A stretch of DNA of 64,000 nucleotides from assembly GCA_002269645.1 (NCBI GenBank), contig NIVC01001557.1, positions 62,001-126,000 on the forward strand. The letters are read 5' to 3'. Of the stretch, positions 35,769 to 49,769 are shown in pieces. How positions within the stretch are numbered: the stretch's first letter is position 1; each line of letters opens with the position of its first letter. This DNA is from Macrostomum lignano. Taxonomy: Eukaryota. A program made the translations under genes and the position numbers. Below the pieces are notes generated by a model that ran no database searches, had not been told where the DNA came from, and worked only from the letters and a program-made list of their open reading frames with translations.

Positions 35769-38700
35769 CTGAGCTCAAGACCCCAAAACCTACCCCACCA
35801 GGTGGCCTTCAGACCCCAGGGAAGATGACAGGTGCGATCATAAATCTTGCGCAAAACATTATAAAAGCCACTTGTCTAGACACCCTGGCGCCAAAAGTGA
35901 CAGCAAAACACCCATAAATTAAAAGAGAATTGTAACAGAGCGAGTGGGGAGAAGGCTGGAAAGACCTCTTTGACCCAGACAGGCTGGAGACAAAAGTGAC
36001 AGCTAGACCGCCATAAATCACTGAAAACAGTGAAAAAGCCGCAAATCTGGGGGTCAGATGGGGTTGAAACCATTCCTCCCAGACTTAGTGTCGCCCGTCT
36101 AGACTGCTAGAGGTTAATCCGTCTCAAACCCAGCTAGTCTGACCTTCAAAGATGCGTAAACAATCCAAAATTAGAAACCTAAGAGATGTACATTGAGTAT
36201 TTATCATAATTAATAGTGATGGCATAAATTAGTGTAGATCTTAGCCTGGATGAGAGAATGGAGAGAGGTTCTCCTAAGCTAGCCTACTGACAGTATTCCC
36301 CTATAGGGGAAAAGCGCATCGCGAAATGTGCGGTTTTAAGATTGAAAAAAGATGCGTCCTCATCACTCCGCTGCACGCCCGGTACGTCAGGGACACGTAA
36401 CAAGCTGAGTTATTTTCCCCACCTCAGCTGTGAGGAGGATAGCGCTGCAGTCAAGAGCGACCGTTCCTCCCTGAGCGAAGTTTTGGTGATGAAAGCTCCA
36501 CTGCAAAACAAGAGCTGTTGAATTGATAAACATTCAGCAAATATATGATAACGAAGTCGCATGCCAAGCTTAATAGCTACACACCAATTATTAAGTTCAC
36601 GAGTACCTAGCTAAATTCGTGACCATTGAGGCACACCTGCTACCAAATACATGTAGCTATACCCATGGTTTAATGAGCTGAACGCAAAAGACCTGAAGTC
36701 CTTAGCTGAAATATTTTGGGGCAAAACTTTTGAACCATAATCTATAAAATTTTACTACAGCCGCATTTGGGGCCTAAGTTTAAAATTTTGATTTAAAAGT
36801 TTTAAAATATAGCGACATGGAAATTTGATGCCAACATTTTGCAACGGATTGATAACCAGAAAACGTGTTAAAATAAATATGCTAAGCACAAATTCTCTAC
36901 ACATTTTATACAGGTTTTGTAAGTCTTAAGGACCTTATAAAATTATTATAAAATCCACTCTGAGACATAATTAAACGACCTTAAAATATCTTGAGTCATT
37001 GAAATCTCATCCGCATAATTTAGATTTTAGTACCGGGTCGTTCGCAAATTCTAGAAGGAGCAAAAATTTTAACAATTTTCCGAACATTTACTATTGTTAC
37101 TGCCATATTCAAAATAATAGGACACTTTTATCTGTGAATAAAGATAATTTTTGGGTTGAACTTTATCATGCAAAAGTGTTTTTAATCATCTGGCGGTATT
37201 AAGCGATAATTAGCGATGAAAAAATTCAAATTCAATCATTTCACCGATGTTAATTTTTGATACTACAAGATGTCTGTAGCTAAAACAAGTTGTTGTTGTG
37301 TTGAAACCTTGCTATATTACATTTAAAATGAAAGCTTATATAAATTTAATTTAAGAATTTTTTAAAGCTCAATAAACTGCACTATAAATGATTTTATAGA
37401 CGCTTAACTGGACGCCTAGCATTTCCGGTGGGATAGCCTCTTTGCGTCTCACAAAATGTATTTTTCAGCTGACGTCTAGAATGTGCGCTTAAAATGATAC
37501 ATTTTGATGCAGATAATTAGAAAAACATGTCTTATTATCTTTTTGTAAAAAATTGTTATGAAATAGAGCACTATTATTGATAAAAATAATTAAAAGCAAC
37601 CATGCATCGCAATTAACTCCTACTTTGAAGCACAAAATAAATATCCTGTAACCACACTAGCATTCTCCATGGAGCACCTTTTGAGCTGAAATTTTACACA
37701 GATATCCAGTAAAGTAAACTGAGCAAATGATTTTTTTGTTTTTGAAAATACTTCAATTTGGCTATGTATCAGTTAGTTCATTGGACATATTTATTATATT
37801 TTTATTAAAATCCTTGTAACCAAGCTACAGAGAAACATGTGCAAAACTGGACCTTGAAATTTGACCTGAATGATCAGCAAATGTGTATCTCGAAATGATT
37901 TTTTTTGTTTTCATCAAGTCATTCTATGCTAATTTTTTTCTGAAGGGAAAGATACCATATATTTAGAGTCAATAGGGGAAGCATTTAAACTTATTCAATA
38001 GTCATTAAAATTGCAACTATATTATTATAATATAGTAATACTATTATACCTGTATTATATAGTAATATTAACTTCTAAGATGCCCTTATAAATTTAAGTA
38101 AAGACAACAGGCCTTAATTAATTAATCAGCATTTTGAAGAAACTGACCTTATACAGATGGGCCCCAAGCTAAGAAATGAATGTAGAGCTTATTTCGTGTA
38201 AGGTATAAAAATCACTTTATTATAATAATAAATACTCCTAATAAATTGGTTAAATTAGTTATTTACCTTGAATTAATTTAATTTAATAATAAATATATAA
38301 ATTTGTTTCACTTCTTACTGCATTTAAATAGAGTACCTCTACTATACTATAGAAGTATAGTAAAAGTATGGTAAAAAAGTATAGTAAAAAATTTTCTTTA
38401 GTTTAATCCCAGCTTGCCTCAGTTTTTTAGTCTTAATACGAGCTAGATAGTAAGTGTTGATTAATTTGCTCCATCACCTTTTGCCACGGAAACAGCACAT
38501 GTCGGACATGCAACACTCTTCCTGATCCCTGGATTCAAGATGACTGCTTCTGCTTCTTCAATGCTTGAAAACTGAGCTCATGGAGCTTTAGGTTATGCTG
38601 TCAGAGTGCTGCTGCCGGTGCTGTGTGTGTATGTGTGTGTCTTCTGCGGGTAGGTTCCCTGTCCCTCAGTTTAGCCACTGTTGTGGGCTAACTGGAGGAA

Positions 38701-41568
38701 TTGCCGTTGTCGGTGCTGCAGGTGGCACTGCATGGTAGTATTGACGCTGTCAGTGACGCTGGCAAAGGCTTGGACGAAGCTAGGTGCCGTCATTGTCAGA
38801 AGGACATGCGTGTGCTGCTTAGACCAGTGCGCACATTCGACTGGACTCGTATCTGGTGCAGTCTGGTGTATTCACTGAGATTGTGTGGATCTGCCTCCTC
38901 GCATCACCTCAACCAGGCTCAATTTCTTTTGTAGAATTTTCGTGCGCTGCTTAACTGCATCTTGTGCCTGCTGAGTGATGCCAAGAATTGTGCCACACAA
39001 TAATTTGGCCCATAAACTACTCGTATATTATACATATGTATGCACAGCACACACACACGCTGTTCATTCATATTAAATGTACTAGTTAATGGAATTCTCA
39101 TCTCATGAGCTCTAGTCTATGGACAAACCTGAAATTACTAGAATATCTAGATAGATCTAAACTTCTTTGAGCAGCGCGCTGCGCTGCGATCAAAATACAT
39201 GTAGATTCTTTAGCGCAACTAATTAATAGTGTAGTACAGTCTACAGCCTGAAGTAGCCTGTGTAAGATGCGGAGGGATGATTTTTGCATAGGAAGCCACT
39301 ACGGTAAGGTTGATGGAACTATGGGGAGGTGAGAGATTCAAAGCGAGGGACGGAAGCCATGCATAGTTCGATCATAAGTTTAATTTTTGCATGAGTCTGG
39401 GGATGCATTAACGAGAGGCGGACGAGAGCATAGAAATAAAGCGGGCTAAAAATATTAATACACAAAATTACATGTGCTAGCTAGTAATTTCAGAATGGTC
39501 AGCGACTCCTCCGATTTGTATCCGCGACCGCGTGCCCACAAATCCCCCGGCAGACCCTGTCGCAGTTGGTGGTTGTGCACAGAATACAATGTTAATTTTC
39601 GAGCTTCTCTGCAAAAAATGCGTGATGCACTCAATATGCGTGCTATAGTCTACTTCTTTGATTAGATGGCTGGGTTTTGCCTTTTCACTTGTGATCATCA
39701 AAAGCTTGGGCGTCATTGCTACTGGTGTTTCAGTGTGCGCATTATGTCTGGTTATCATATTATGTGCATGTGCAGTGTCTTTTACCTACATTTTTGTTTG
39801 TCTCTGTTTCCTGCATGCTCTTTCGCATTTTTACACCTCGCACATCCTCATTTTTCTCAATTAACAAGTGAAATCTTTTCTTAAAGACTAATTGCTATTT
39901 TAGTTAAGCTAGTAGGTTTTTGGTAATTAAATAATTCAATTTTGTCTATTTTCCAAAAAGTTTCAAAAAATGAATTAATTAAAATAAATTTGAATTATTT
40001 TAAGTTAATTGGAGTAAAATGTCTAATAAGTAACTATAATTTTTTATTTTAAGTACATGTAGCTTTGGTATAAGTATTAATGTAATAAGTACTTAAAGTA
40101 AAATCAAGCAAGTTATAGTTTTCAGAAATTATGCTACAAATAATCAAATATATACTAGTATCCGAATTCCTTTATTAAGGAACATGCAGTCGATATTAAA
40201 TCCACAATGTGCTTTTTGGTGTTCAAGGATAGTTCCCTGACTTTTTCTATTATTAGTTAGATTTTATTATATTTAATGTAAAAATGAAAACAATTCTATT
40301 AACCATAAAAATGAACATTCTTTATTTGTCGAATCATCTTAACTTTGAAAAGATACATAGTGAAAACTTGATTTTTAATTCAACCTTTCAAGACTTATTT
40401 AGACTTCTTAATTCAGTGATTAGTTAAACTGATCGAAGTCCTTTCGAGTGCATGCTATAATAATTTCGCACTTTTTCGCACACGATAATTTTAAATGTCT
40501 GGGATTTAGAGCAGAGTAACAAAATGCTGTGCTCAAAAACATTTCCTTTGTCAATTTCTTGTTCTTTTATTTTTGCAAAAGAAATTTAACTGCATATTTA
40601 AAATAAAAATAGAAGAAAATTTTATTTTCTCTTTAATATTTTTGTCGTTTATTTTCCGCAACAAAGAATAACAAATAGCCTTGATTTCTTGTCAATTTCA
40701 AGTTTTCTTGTGGTTTTAGTAGCAGCTTCTTACAGAAATTGTTCAAAGAATTTTTTTTGTACGATTATTGGTCGATGTATAAACTTTTTTTGCAATAACA
40801 AAAAGTTGTGACCTAGCTTTGAGAACGACCCTACCACGTAGTTACTATTGTGTGTGCGTCTGTGTGTGATGTGCTATAAAGGTTAGCTTATTCACTGAGT
40901 AGGACTAGCATGCATGCATTATAGAAGTAGTAGTTATAATATATATATGGTAAACTCTAAAGCAAATGCTTTTATGTCTCGAGCTGTATTTCAATCATCA
41001 GTAACAGCCAAGCAAACAACTATCACTCTCAGTATGTTATGACGTCTCTAAACTTAGAGAATTCATGCAGAGAGATTTCGGTTTGCAGGTCGTCCCACCA
41101 AGTCCCAAGGCCCAAGAAAAGACTAGGCGGCTAGGCCTAGGCCCCATTTAAGCCGAAAATAAATAAAAACTTGTAAGTTAAGTGCAATGTTTCAAAAATG
41201 TTTCCATGGTTGACGAAATGACAATGATATAGGACACCCATGTAGTAACGAGTGCTGGCTACAATTGCCTTCATTTACTGAATGGCTGCTAGTTTAACTA
41301 GTTTTTAACTGCATCTAAAGCTTTGATTTGTTGCCGGCACTCGTTACTGCACCAATCCTATGCACTCCTGACCCCTGCCTGACAATGATTCAATATTTTT
41401 TATTTGAGATATATTTCTTCTATTTTTTTAATAGGTTTAGTTAGCTCAATTTCATTTGGCCTATTTTTTAGCTTAACATGAATTCTAACACATTGGTCTT
41501 GAATCTATATAACTTTGTCTTTATTTTATGCAATATATAGCTTTAAGTATCATAATATATAATAATAA

Positions 41569-41733
41569 AGCAGTTGTTATTTGTCCGGTGACCGGACGAA
41601 TAGCCTTTTAACAAAATGTCTATTTGTCCAGTATTAACCGGTGAATAGGAAAGCATGGGACAGCTCAGGATCCAGTAACCGGACAAATAACTATATCGCT
41701 ATTCATCCAGTCACTGGACAAATAACAACTGCC
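41569..41733. mobile_element. PIF/Harbinger (Tourist-like) MITE
   Basis: About 24-bp TIR (A/G)GCAGTTGTTATTTGTCC(G/A)GTGAC flanked by TAA on both sides; internal ATTTGTCC subrepeats. Confidence 0.7.
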
Positions 41734-43157
41734 TAATAATAATGTCATCTTTAAATCAATTAGGCCCTAAGTCTCTTAGAAAAGTGCAATTAGATTAGCA
41801 ATTTTTTAAAAACTCTTTTAGACCTGTCCTTAGTTATATTGATTGCAATATTAGGCCCTATCAAGAAAGTATTGTTTATTTTTAAGTGATTTTTTGTTTT
41901 TATTAGATATAGGGTGCCTATATAATTTTGTGAACTTTATCTATTATTCATAATTATTTTTAATTTAGGCTGTCGTGTATAGGGGCCTATATTTATAATA
42001 TTTTATAAACCTACAATCAAAATAAGATCTTGTTAGTTATTACTTGCACATTGTCTTTGGCCAAGTTCATAAGAAAAATATCCATTTAAAATATTTTAAA
42101 TAGATGTTGCTATTATTGTTCTTCTGGTCTCTCATTTCTATGGCTCTGGGTCTATTTCAAATATCAATGTGAAAGCCAAATAACTAAGGCGGCAGATTCA
42201 ACTGATTTTTCCTGATGATGCAAACACTTGATGATAACTTATAGACCATTGTATTTGATAGTCACAATCTCAATATATTATCTTACAAAATAGGCCTATA
42301 ATGTCTAAGATAGAATTCCAAATAAGAAGCACATTCAGTTCAAGTTACAAGGGGTTTCTAATTGTATAGGTGAACCAAAGGTTTAGTCTATTGTGGAATG
42401 CGGGATGCTTGTTGGTTCAGTTTTAGTGAGTCAATTTAGCAGTTTTGGCATTTGGGTTAAGACCCTAATTGTGTCAATCAAAGGTTGTTCTACAAAAATA
42501 GAAGGCAAAAAGGAGGGAAAAGGGAGGCAAGCTTCTTGCTTGGTTGACATGGGCTTTTTTTAATACTTTTTGGTCTTGATCACATTGGATGGTATATAGC
42601 TACTTTTCATTGGTTTGGGTTGTGTCCTCAGCTTTTGCTAGTTGGAGCACATTCATTGGTTAAAATACATTCATTCTGGATAAGAACTTTTTAGAGCCAA
42701 AATGTGTCACTTCATATTATTAGGTATTTTATCTATTTTTTAGATCTTTTATTTACTATTATACTATATCTATAATAATTCTAAGCCTAAGAAGGTTGGG
42801 CAAAATCTAGATTATTAGCTATATATGGCTTAAGAAACCTTTAAATAAAATTTAGGGTATTTAGTTACTTTTTGTAATAGTAATATGGTTTACTTTATAT
42901 CTTAGTCTTATTTTATGTGTTCTTTGCTCTTTTTTTCTAAAAATATTTGTTATTTTTTCTTTCTTTATTCTTTTATTTACTTATCTTTGTTTATTAATAG
43001 AAAACCACTATTATAACAATAATAATAATAATAATAACAACAAAAATATGAAGTCATTATTAGAGTAGGACATATTAGATAGGCCCTAGTACATTGCAGA
43101 GCCTAAAAGTTAAAATCAATGTTAGGTGCCCATGCCCTAGTATTGCATACTAGGTAG

Positions 43158-45055
43158 CAGTGGCATAGTCAGGGGGAGGCCCCCCATTGCCTGGGGGATT
43201 GGGTTGGGTGTGGTGGGTACCAAAAACCATGAGGCAATTGAGTGCTTGCAGCGCCAAAATGAGTGCCTGCAGCACCAAAATGAGTGCCTGCAGCATCAAA
43301 ATGAGTGCCTCCAGCACCAAAATGAGTGCCTCCAGCACCAAAATGAGTGCCTGCAGTGCCAAAATGAGTGCCCGCAGTGCCAAAATGAGTGCCTGCAGCA
43401 CCAAAATGAGTGCCTGTAGTGCCAAAATGAGTGCCTGCAGCACCAAAATGAGTGCCTGCGGTGCCAAAATGAGTGCCTGCAGCGCCAAAATGAGTGCCTG
43501 CAGCACCAAAATGAGTGCCTGCAGCATCAAAATGAGTGCCTCCAGCACCAAAATGAGTGCCTCCAGCACCAAAATGAGTGCCTGCAGTGCCAAAATGAGT
43601 GCCTGCAGCACCAAAATGAGTGCCTGTAGTGCCAAAATGAGTGCCTGCAGCACCAAAATGAGTGCCTGCGGTGCCAAAATGAGTGCCTGCAGCACCAAAA
43701 TGAGTGCCTGCAGCACCAAAATGAGTGCTTCCAGCACCAAAATGAGTGCCTCCAGCACCAAAATGAGTGCCTGTAGTGCCGAAATGAGTGCCTGCAGTGC
43801 CAAAATGAGTGCCTGCAGCACCAAAATGAGTGCCTGCAGCACCAAAATGAGTGCTTCCAGCACCAAAATGAGTGCCTCCAGCACCAAAATGAGTGCCTGT
43901 ATTGCCAAAATGAGTGCTTGCAGTGCCAAAATGAGTGCCTGCAGCACCAAAATGAGTGCCTGTAGTGCCAAAATGAGTGCCTGCAGTGCCAAAATGAGTG
44001 CCTGCAGTGCCAAAATGAGTGCCTGCAGCACCAAAATGAGTGCCTGCAGCACCAAAATGAGTGCCTGCAGTGCCAAAATGAGTGCCTGCAGCGCCAAAAT
44101 GAGTGCCTGCAGCACCAAAATGAGTGCCTCCAGCACCAAAATGAGTGCCTGCAGTGCCAAAATGAGTGCCTACAGTGCCAAAATGAGTGCCTGCAGCACC
44201 AAAATGAGTGCCTGCAGCACCAAAATGAGTGCCTGCAGCACCAAAATGAGTGCCTGTAGTACCAAAATGAGTGCCTGCAGCACCAAAATGAGTGCTTCCA
44301 GCACCAAAATGAGTGCCTCCAGCACCAAAATGAGTGCCTGTAGTGCCAAAATGAGTGCCTGCAGTGCCAAAATGAGTGCCTGCAGCACCAAAATGAGTGC
44401 CTCCAGCACCAAAATGAGTGCCTGTAGTGCCAAAATGAGTGCCTGCAGTGCCAAAATGAGTGCCTGCAGCACCAAAATGAGTGCCTGTAGTACCAAAATG
44501 AGTGCCTGCAGCACCAAAATGAGTGCTTCTAGCACCAAAATGAGTGCCTCCAGCACCAAAATGAGTGCCTGTAGTGCCAAAATGAGTGCCTGCAGTGCCA
44601 AAATGAGTGCCTGCAGCACCAAAATGAGTGCTTCCAGCACCAAAATGAGTGCCTCCAGCACCAAAATGAGTGCCTGTAGTGCCAAAATGAGTGCCTGCAG
44701 TGCCAAAATGAGTGCCTGCAGCACCAAAATGAGTGCTTCCAGCACCAAAATGAGTGCCTCCAGCACCAAAATGAGTGCCTGTAGTGCCAAAATGAGTGCC
44801 TGCAGTGCCAAAATGAGTGCCTGCAGCACCAAAATGAGTGCCTCCAGCACCAAAATGAGTGCCTGCAGTGCCAAAATGAGTGCCTGCAGCGCCAAAATGA
44901 GTGCCTGCAGTGCCAAAATGAGTGCCTGCAGCACCAAAATGAATGCCTGCAGTGCCAAAATGAGTGCCTGCAGCACCAAAAGTGGCAATGGCATAAGGCA
45001 TGGCCAGCTAGGCCAACCTGCCTCCTCCCAATTGAAATTCCTGGCTACGCCATTG
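43158..45055. mobile_element. hAT-type non-autonomous element containing an expanded 21-bp minisatellite
   Basis: Imperfect TIR CAGTGGCATAGTCAGG / CCTGGCTACGCCATTG; exact 8-bp TSD CTAGGTAG (43150-43157 and 45056-45063). Confidence 0.88.
43238..44985. repeat. 21-bp minisatellite, about 80 units
   Basis: (CAAAATGAGTGCCTGCAGCAC)n. Confidence 0.97.
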
Positions 45056-45754
45056 CTAGGTAGTCAATGTATTGATGGGTTTGGGCCTAACCTTGACCCC
45101 ATTTAAATAGGCATTATAAGGTGAGCAAGAGGGTATCTTGAATAGGTTAGGGACATAAGCCCTTGGCCTAGATCATGTGACTTACCAGTTGAAGTTGCCA
45201 CTGGCATAGGATAGGCCTAATAGATAGGTGCTGCAGCTTGGCCTAATCATATAAGGTCTCTTTTCCTAAAGCATTATTATAGATAGAGCATTAGCAAAGT
45301 GATTGACTTTAGCTTATACTAAAAATTATACAATATTTTCCAACTCTTGCTTGGGCACATTGGGTCTAGGCTTAGCTGCTAAATAAGACAAGCAAATATG
45401 AGACAGTTTACAAAGTTGAAAGTGCTTGACACAGATAAAGTAGGTGGTGTATTACTATCTCATTTGTAAGAGAGTTGTTTCAATGGGTAAAATTGATCAA
45501 AACTAGCTATAACTATTGACATCTGTATAATAATGAAATCAAGTTGAACTTGCTATAACTAATTTACAATACCATCAAATGAGGCAATTTTTTAACACAT
45601 GACTTGTTTATTGACTTTCATTCTTTTATTACTTTGTTTGTATGATTTGATAAGATTATGAAGAGGATTTTGAACTACCATCTCTTGATCTATGGGGGCG
45701 AAAGCCAGCACTCAGTGTATTTTAGTTGGCCTACTACCTCTGGTTAGATAAACC

Positions 45755-47308
45755 TAGGGGGCGACCCAGTCCCGGGCCCGGGCCCGAAAAGTCGGGAATC
45801 CCGACCAAAATCGTGGCCCGACCCGGGCCCGGGCCCGACCCTAAAAAAGTCGGGAAATCGGGACAAGTCTTTTTTCCCTAAAGGCACTAACCGCGTGCGA
45901 ATAAGAATAAAATTATTTTTATTCACAGCACAGCACAACACTCAGTTAAGCATCGCATCAGCACTCAAGACTCAAGCACTGCACGACTGCAGTAATAGTA
46001 ATAGATGATATGATGTGAAGTAGCAATATCATTGATTTGTAGTATGCTCTTAGCGTGAGCGTCTGTGACTGTGACCGTGAGCGTCAGCCACAGCCAGTTT
46101 CCACTTTCCAGGAAGATCGGATTTTTTCCAGGAAGATAAAATTAAAACATAGTTTTGCAATACTTTTTTGCAATATTGATTCCACTTTACACGCTGCAGG
46201 CTGCAGCCTAAAAGCAAAAATATGATTCTTAAAAAAGTTGATTTGTCAATTTTAAGCTTTTGTAAATAACATTTCCTATTTACATTCCAAGAAGTACCTA
46301 TTAAGGGCCAAGGCTACCATTTTTCCAAGAAGTTTGCTATCTGTCAGAGTTTGTAATCGTGTTCATATTTGTATTGTATTCGTAGGTAGTTGTAGTCGTA
46401 GACTCATAGTATCATATTCGTAATCATATTCGTTTAGGTAGGTAGGTGAGCAGGTAGGCAGGTATCAGCTAATTACTTGTATTTCCATTGTCTGTTTGCC
46501 TGTTCTGTTGAGACAGTTGAGTGTTGTGTTGTGTTGTCATTGTCACTTCACTTGTGTTCTGTTCTGTTGTCTTGTCTTGTTGTCTTATTGAATACTGACT
46601 GTGTACATGGCTCTTTACATTGAAGCTATGTAAAGGAACTAAAAATTCAAATAAAAGAATCAATCAATTGATTTGGTTCTTACTTCCTTATTGCTTCCAA
46701 TGCCAAGTGCCTTACACTTAATGCTTCAGCTTTTCTTCTTTTTGCTTACTGCCACTGCCAGTGCCAGCCGCACTACCGTAGTGCCTGCTTGCCTACCTCA
46801 CTGCCTATTAGTGTCACTGTCACTGGCACACACACAGTACTTGTGCCACACAGTGACATTGAATTTGAACTATTGGGTATATTGATATTTGAGTATTAAG
46901 TCTTTTAATGTAACTCTTATCTATTCTGAAGTCTTAACTAATGTATTAAATAAAAATAATATTTATTATATTATATATTTAATATATATTTAATTTAATA
47001 TATTATATTTATTATATTTATATATTATTATATATTCAATATATTTATATATTATAATATATTTAATGTTTATCATATATTTATTATACATTTAATATAT
47101 TATATTAGATTTAATATATCTATATATTTATTATATATTTAATAGTAATCCGCATATGCTAAAAGTATTAAGATTTATTATGATTTTTTTTCCAATTATT
47201 GAGCTGTCCTAAAGATCTTGTCCCGAATTCCCGAGGCCCGACCCGGGCCCGAGTCCTCATTCCCGGGCCCGACCCGGGCCCGACTTTGGCTGTCCCGGTC
47301 GCCCCCTA
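45755..47308. mobile_element. hAT-type non-autonomous DNA transposon
   Basis: TIR TAGGGGGCGACC; exact 8-bp TSD GATAAACC (45747-45754 and 47309-47316); subterminal CCCGGGCCCGA repeats at both ends; AT-rich interior. Confidence 0.92.
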
Positions 47309-48139
47309 GATAAACCTCTTGACTGACTGGACTGAACTGATTGGGTCTAAAAGGACTTACAGTATATGAGCTGCTCATTTGTACCTTAGTTTTGTTTGTT
47401 TCCTTAGACCTCAAATATGCTCATACACTCAGCACATTTTAAATTTTCCACCCCAAAACCAATGGTAAAATTTTATCAGATCTCAACCCCAAGTGACGCA
47501 GTTCACACCACGCCCACAAGGCCCTAGCTTAGGCTGGTGAAGAGAGTGGGGAGTTAAGAGTCCTCATGAACTGGAAACTCTTAACATGTTTGAGAAGTAT
47601 GAATATTAGGTGCGTTTTTATTCCAAAGACTAATCCTCTTGATAGTGAGCTGTTTGTGATACTTTTTAAAGAAACGTAGCGATGACTTCTAACTTAGACT
47701 GGTCAGGCACCGAATTTTCACACTTATCAGCTGCCTTCAGAAGCTGCTGAGCAAATGTCCTGTTCCTGCTTCTAACTGCTCTCTCCAGGGTTTGAAAGGC
47801 AAATCGTTCTGCCAAAACGTATGTCTTGGGAAGCAGAATGTCTTCCCGAGTCTTCTTCAAGTCCTGAAATGACTTCGTGGTCGGCAGCTGGTCAGCCAAT
47901 GTGTCATGAAGGGGAGCTTCACAAGACAGAAACTTCACAACGCAGAAAACTACTGCACGATCCTTCACAGAACCGAAACTTCACAACGCCGAAATTCTGC
48001 ATGGTCATCTGCATGGTGTATATTATGTTTTCTACGATATGAAATTTCGGTCTTTTAAAAGCGCTCCATCATAAAAGATGAAACTGGTATAAGACGTACT
48101 GGTTCGAGGTACTATCTTTAAGGCTATAGCTTCTCCAGG

Positions 48140-48830
48140 TAAATCTCGGGTGTGGTTCGGGGGGCAATTCTCAGGTGTGGTTTAGGGGCGATTCTCATGT
48201 GTGGTTTAGAGGCAATTCTCAGGTGTGGTTTAGGGGCGATTCTCATGTGTGGTTTAGAGGCAATTCTCAGGTGTGGTTTAGAGGCAATTCTCAGGTGTGG
48301 TTTAGGGGCGATTCTCATGTGTGGTTTAGGGGCGATTCTCATGTGTGGTTTAGAGGCAATTCTCAGGTGTGGTTTAGAGGCAATTCTCAGGTGTGGTTTA
48401 GAGTCAGTTCTCAGGTGTGGTTCAGGGGGCAATTCTCAGGTGTGGTTTAGGGTCAATTCTCAGGTGTGGTTTAGAGGCAATTCTCAGGTGTTGTTTAGAG
48501 TCAGTTCTCAGGTGTGGTTTAGAGTCAGTTCTCTGGTGTGGTTTGGGGGAATTCTCAGGTGTGGTTTGGGGGGAATTCTCAGGTGTGGTTAGAAGCAATT
48601 CTCTGGTGTGGTTTGGGGGAATTCTCAGGTGTGGTTTAGGGGGAATTCTCAGGTGTGGTTAGAAGCAATTCTCTGGTGTGGTTTGGGGGAATTCTCAGGT
48701 GTGGTTTAGGGGGAATTCTCAGGTGTGGTTAGAAGCAATTCTCTGGTGTGGTTTGGGGAGAATTATCAGGTGTGGTTTAGAGGCAATTCTCAGGTTTGGT
48801 TTAGGGGCAATTATCGGGTATGTAGATGCG
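48140..48830. repeat. 24-bp minisatellite
   Basis: (TCTCAGGTGTGGTTTAGAGGCAAT)n. Confidence 0.93.
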
Positions 48831-49769
48831 ATTCTCATGGTGGTTCAGAGGTGTTAGTGTATAAGACATTATCATAAGCAATTTAGATTAGTTCTAAATT
48901 TAGACCCACCCCCTCCGCCAAATTTATTTGTGTATAATGATTTAATGTTATGGTTTTAAATATAACATCATGAAACGAAACGTACGCAGCTTTGTATTTT
49001 GTGCCCCCCCCCACCCCTATTGCAGCGCATGGCTTAAGTACGCCAGACGCCTACACAACCTGCGCCACACTGTGAAATGACTTACTAATTAGTACCGCGC
49101 CGCGCCGTACTAATCGCCGCGCGCCGTACGCGCCGCGCCGCGCCGTATTAGATCCGCGCCGGACGCCGTCCGCCAAAATGCCCATGCGCTGCAATCAGGC
49201 CCCCCACGAAAATAAATGGTGGCTGGGCCTCTGCTACAGTGGCAGCTAGGGGTAATAAAAGCTTATCTAATTAGAAACAGGTCTTGAAGTGCGCACATCT
49301 GTCTGATCAGTTAACCACTTCGCCTTACCTTGAAATTGGCATTTGACTTCGCAAATGCAGTGCGGTGTAAGATTTGTTAGCAAATTTACTTCTTGAGCCT
49401 TCTAAGTAGTTGTCATGGGGACAATTTTTTTACTACCTCCGCAATCCCATTAATTCCATCTGTGTCATTCCCTAAGAAATGAGCAGCAAGAGGGTCTCCA
49501 TAACTAATTACATAATTTTCATTACTTCTAAAACTTCTCTTAAGGCAGGTTTTTCGAGATAGCAGGTTTGTCTTTTTTCTGCAAGATAATTGTTATTGCT
49601 CTTGATAGAAGGCAGACCCTGTGTTCATCTTTTGATATGCCTTGCCTTTCTTATATAACTCTATTGATATGAGCTATTAGTCCATAAATTCAGTGTGTGT
49701 GGGCTTCAAAGCTATTCAAAGCAAAGCTTTGCTGCCTTTAGAGGTCGGCAACTCCGGTCGTGCTATCTG

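Noticed and set aside
36500-43100. Short ORFs in the AT-rich intergenic stretch
   Set aside because: No recognisable motifs, codon bias or consistent splice signals.
43150-45106. Long ORFs of 274-639 aa in several frames
   Set aside because: By-product of a stop-free 21-bp tandem repeat inside a MITE; open on both strands.
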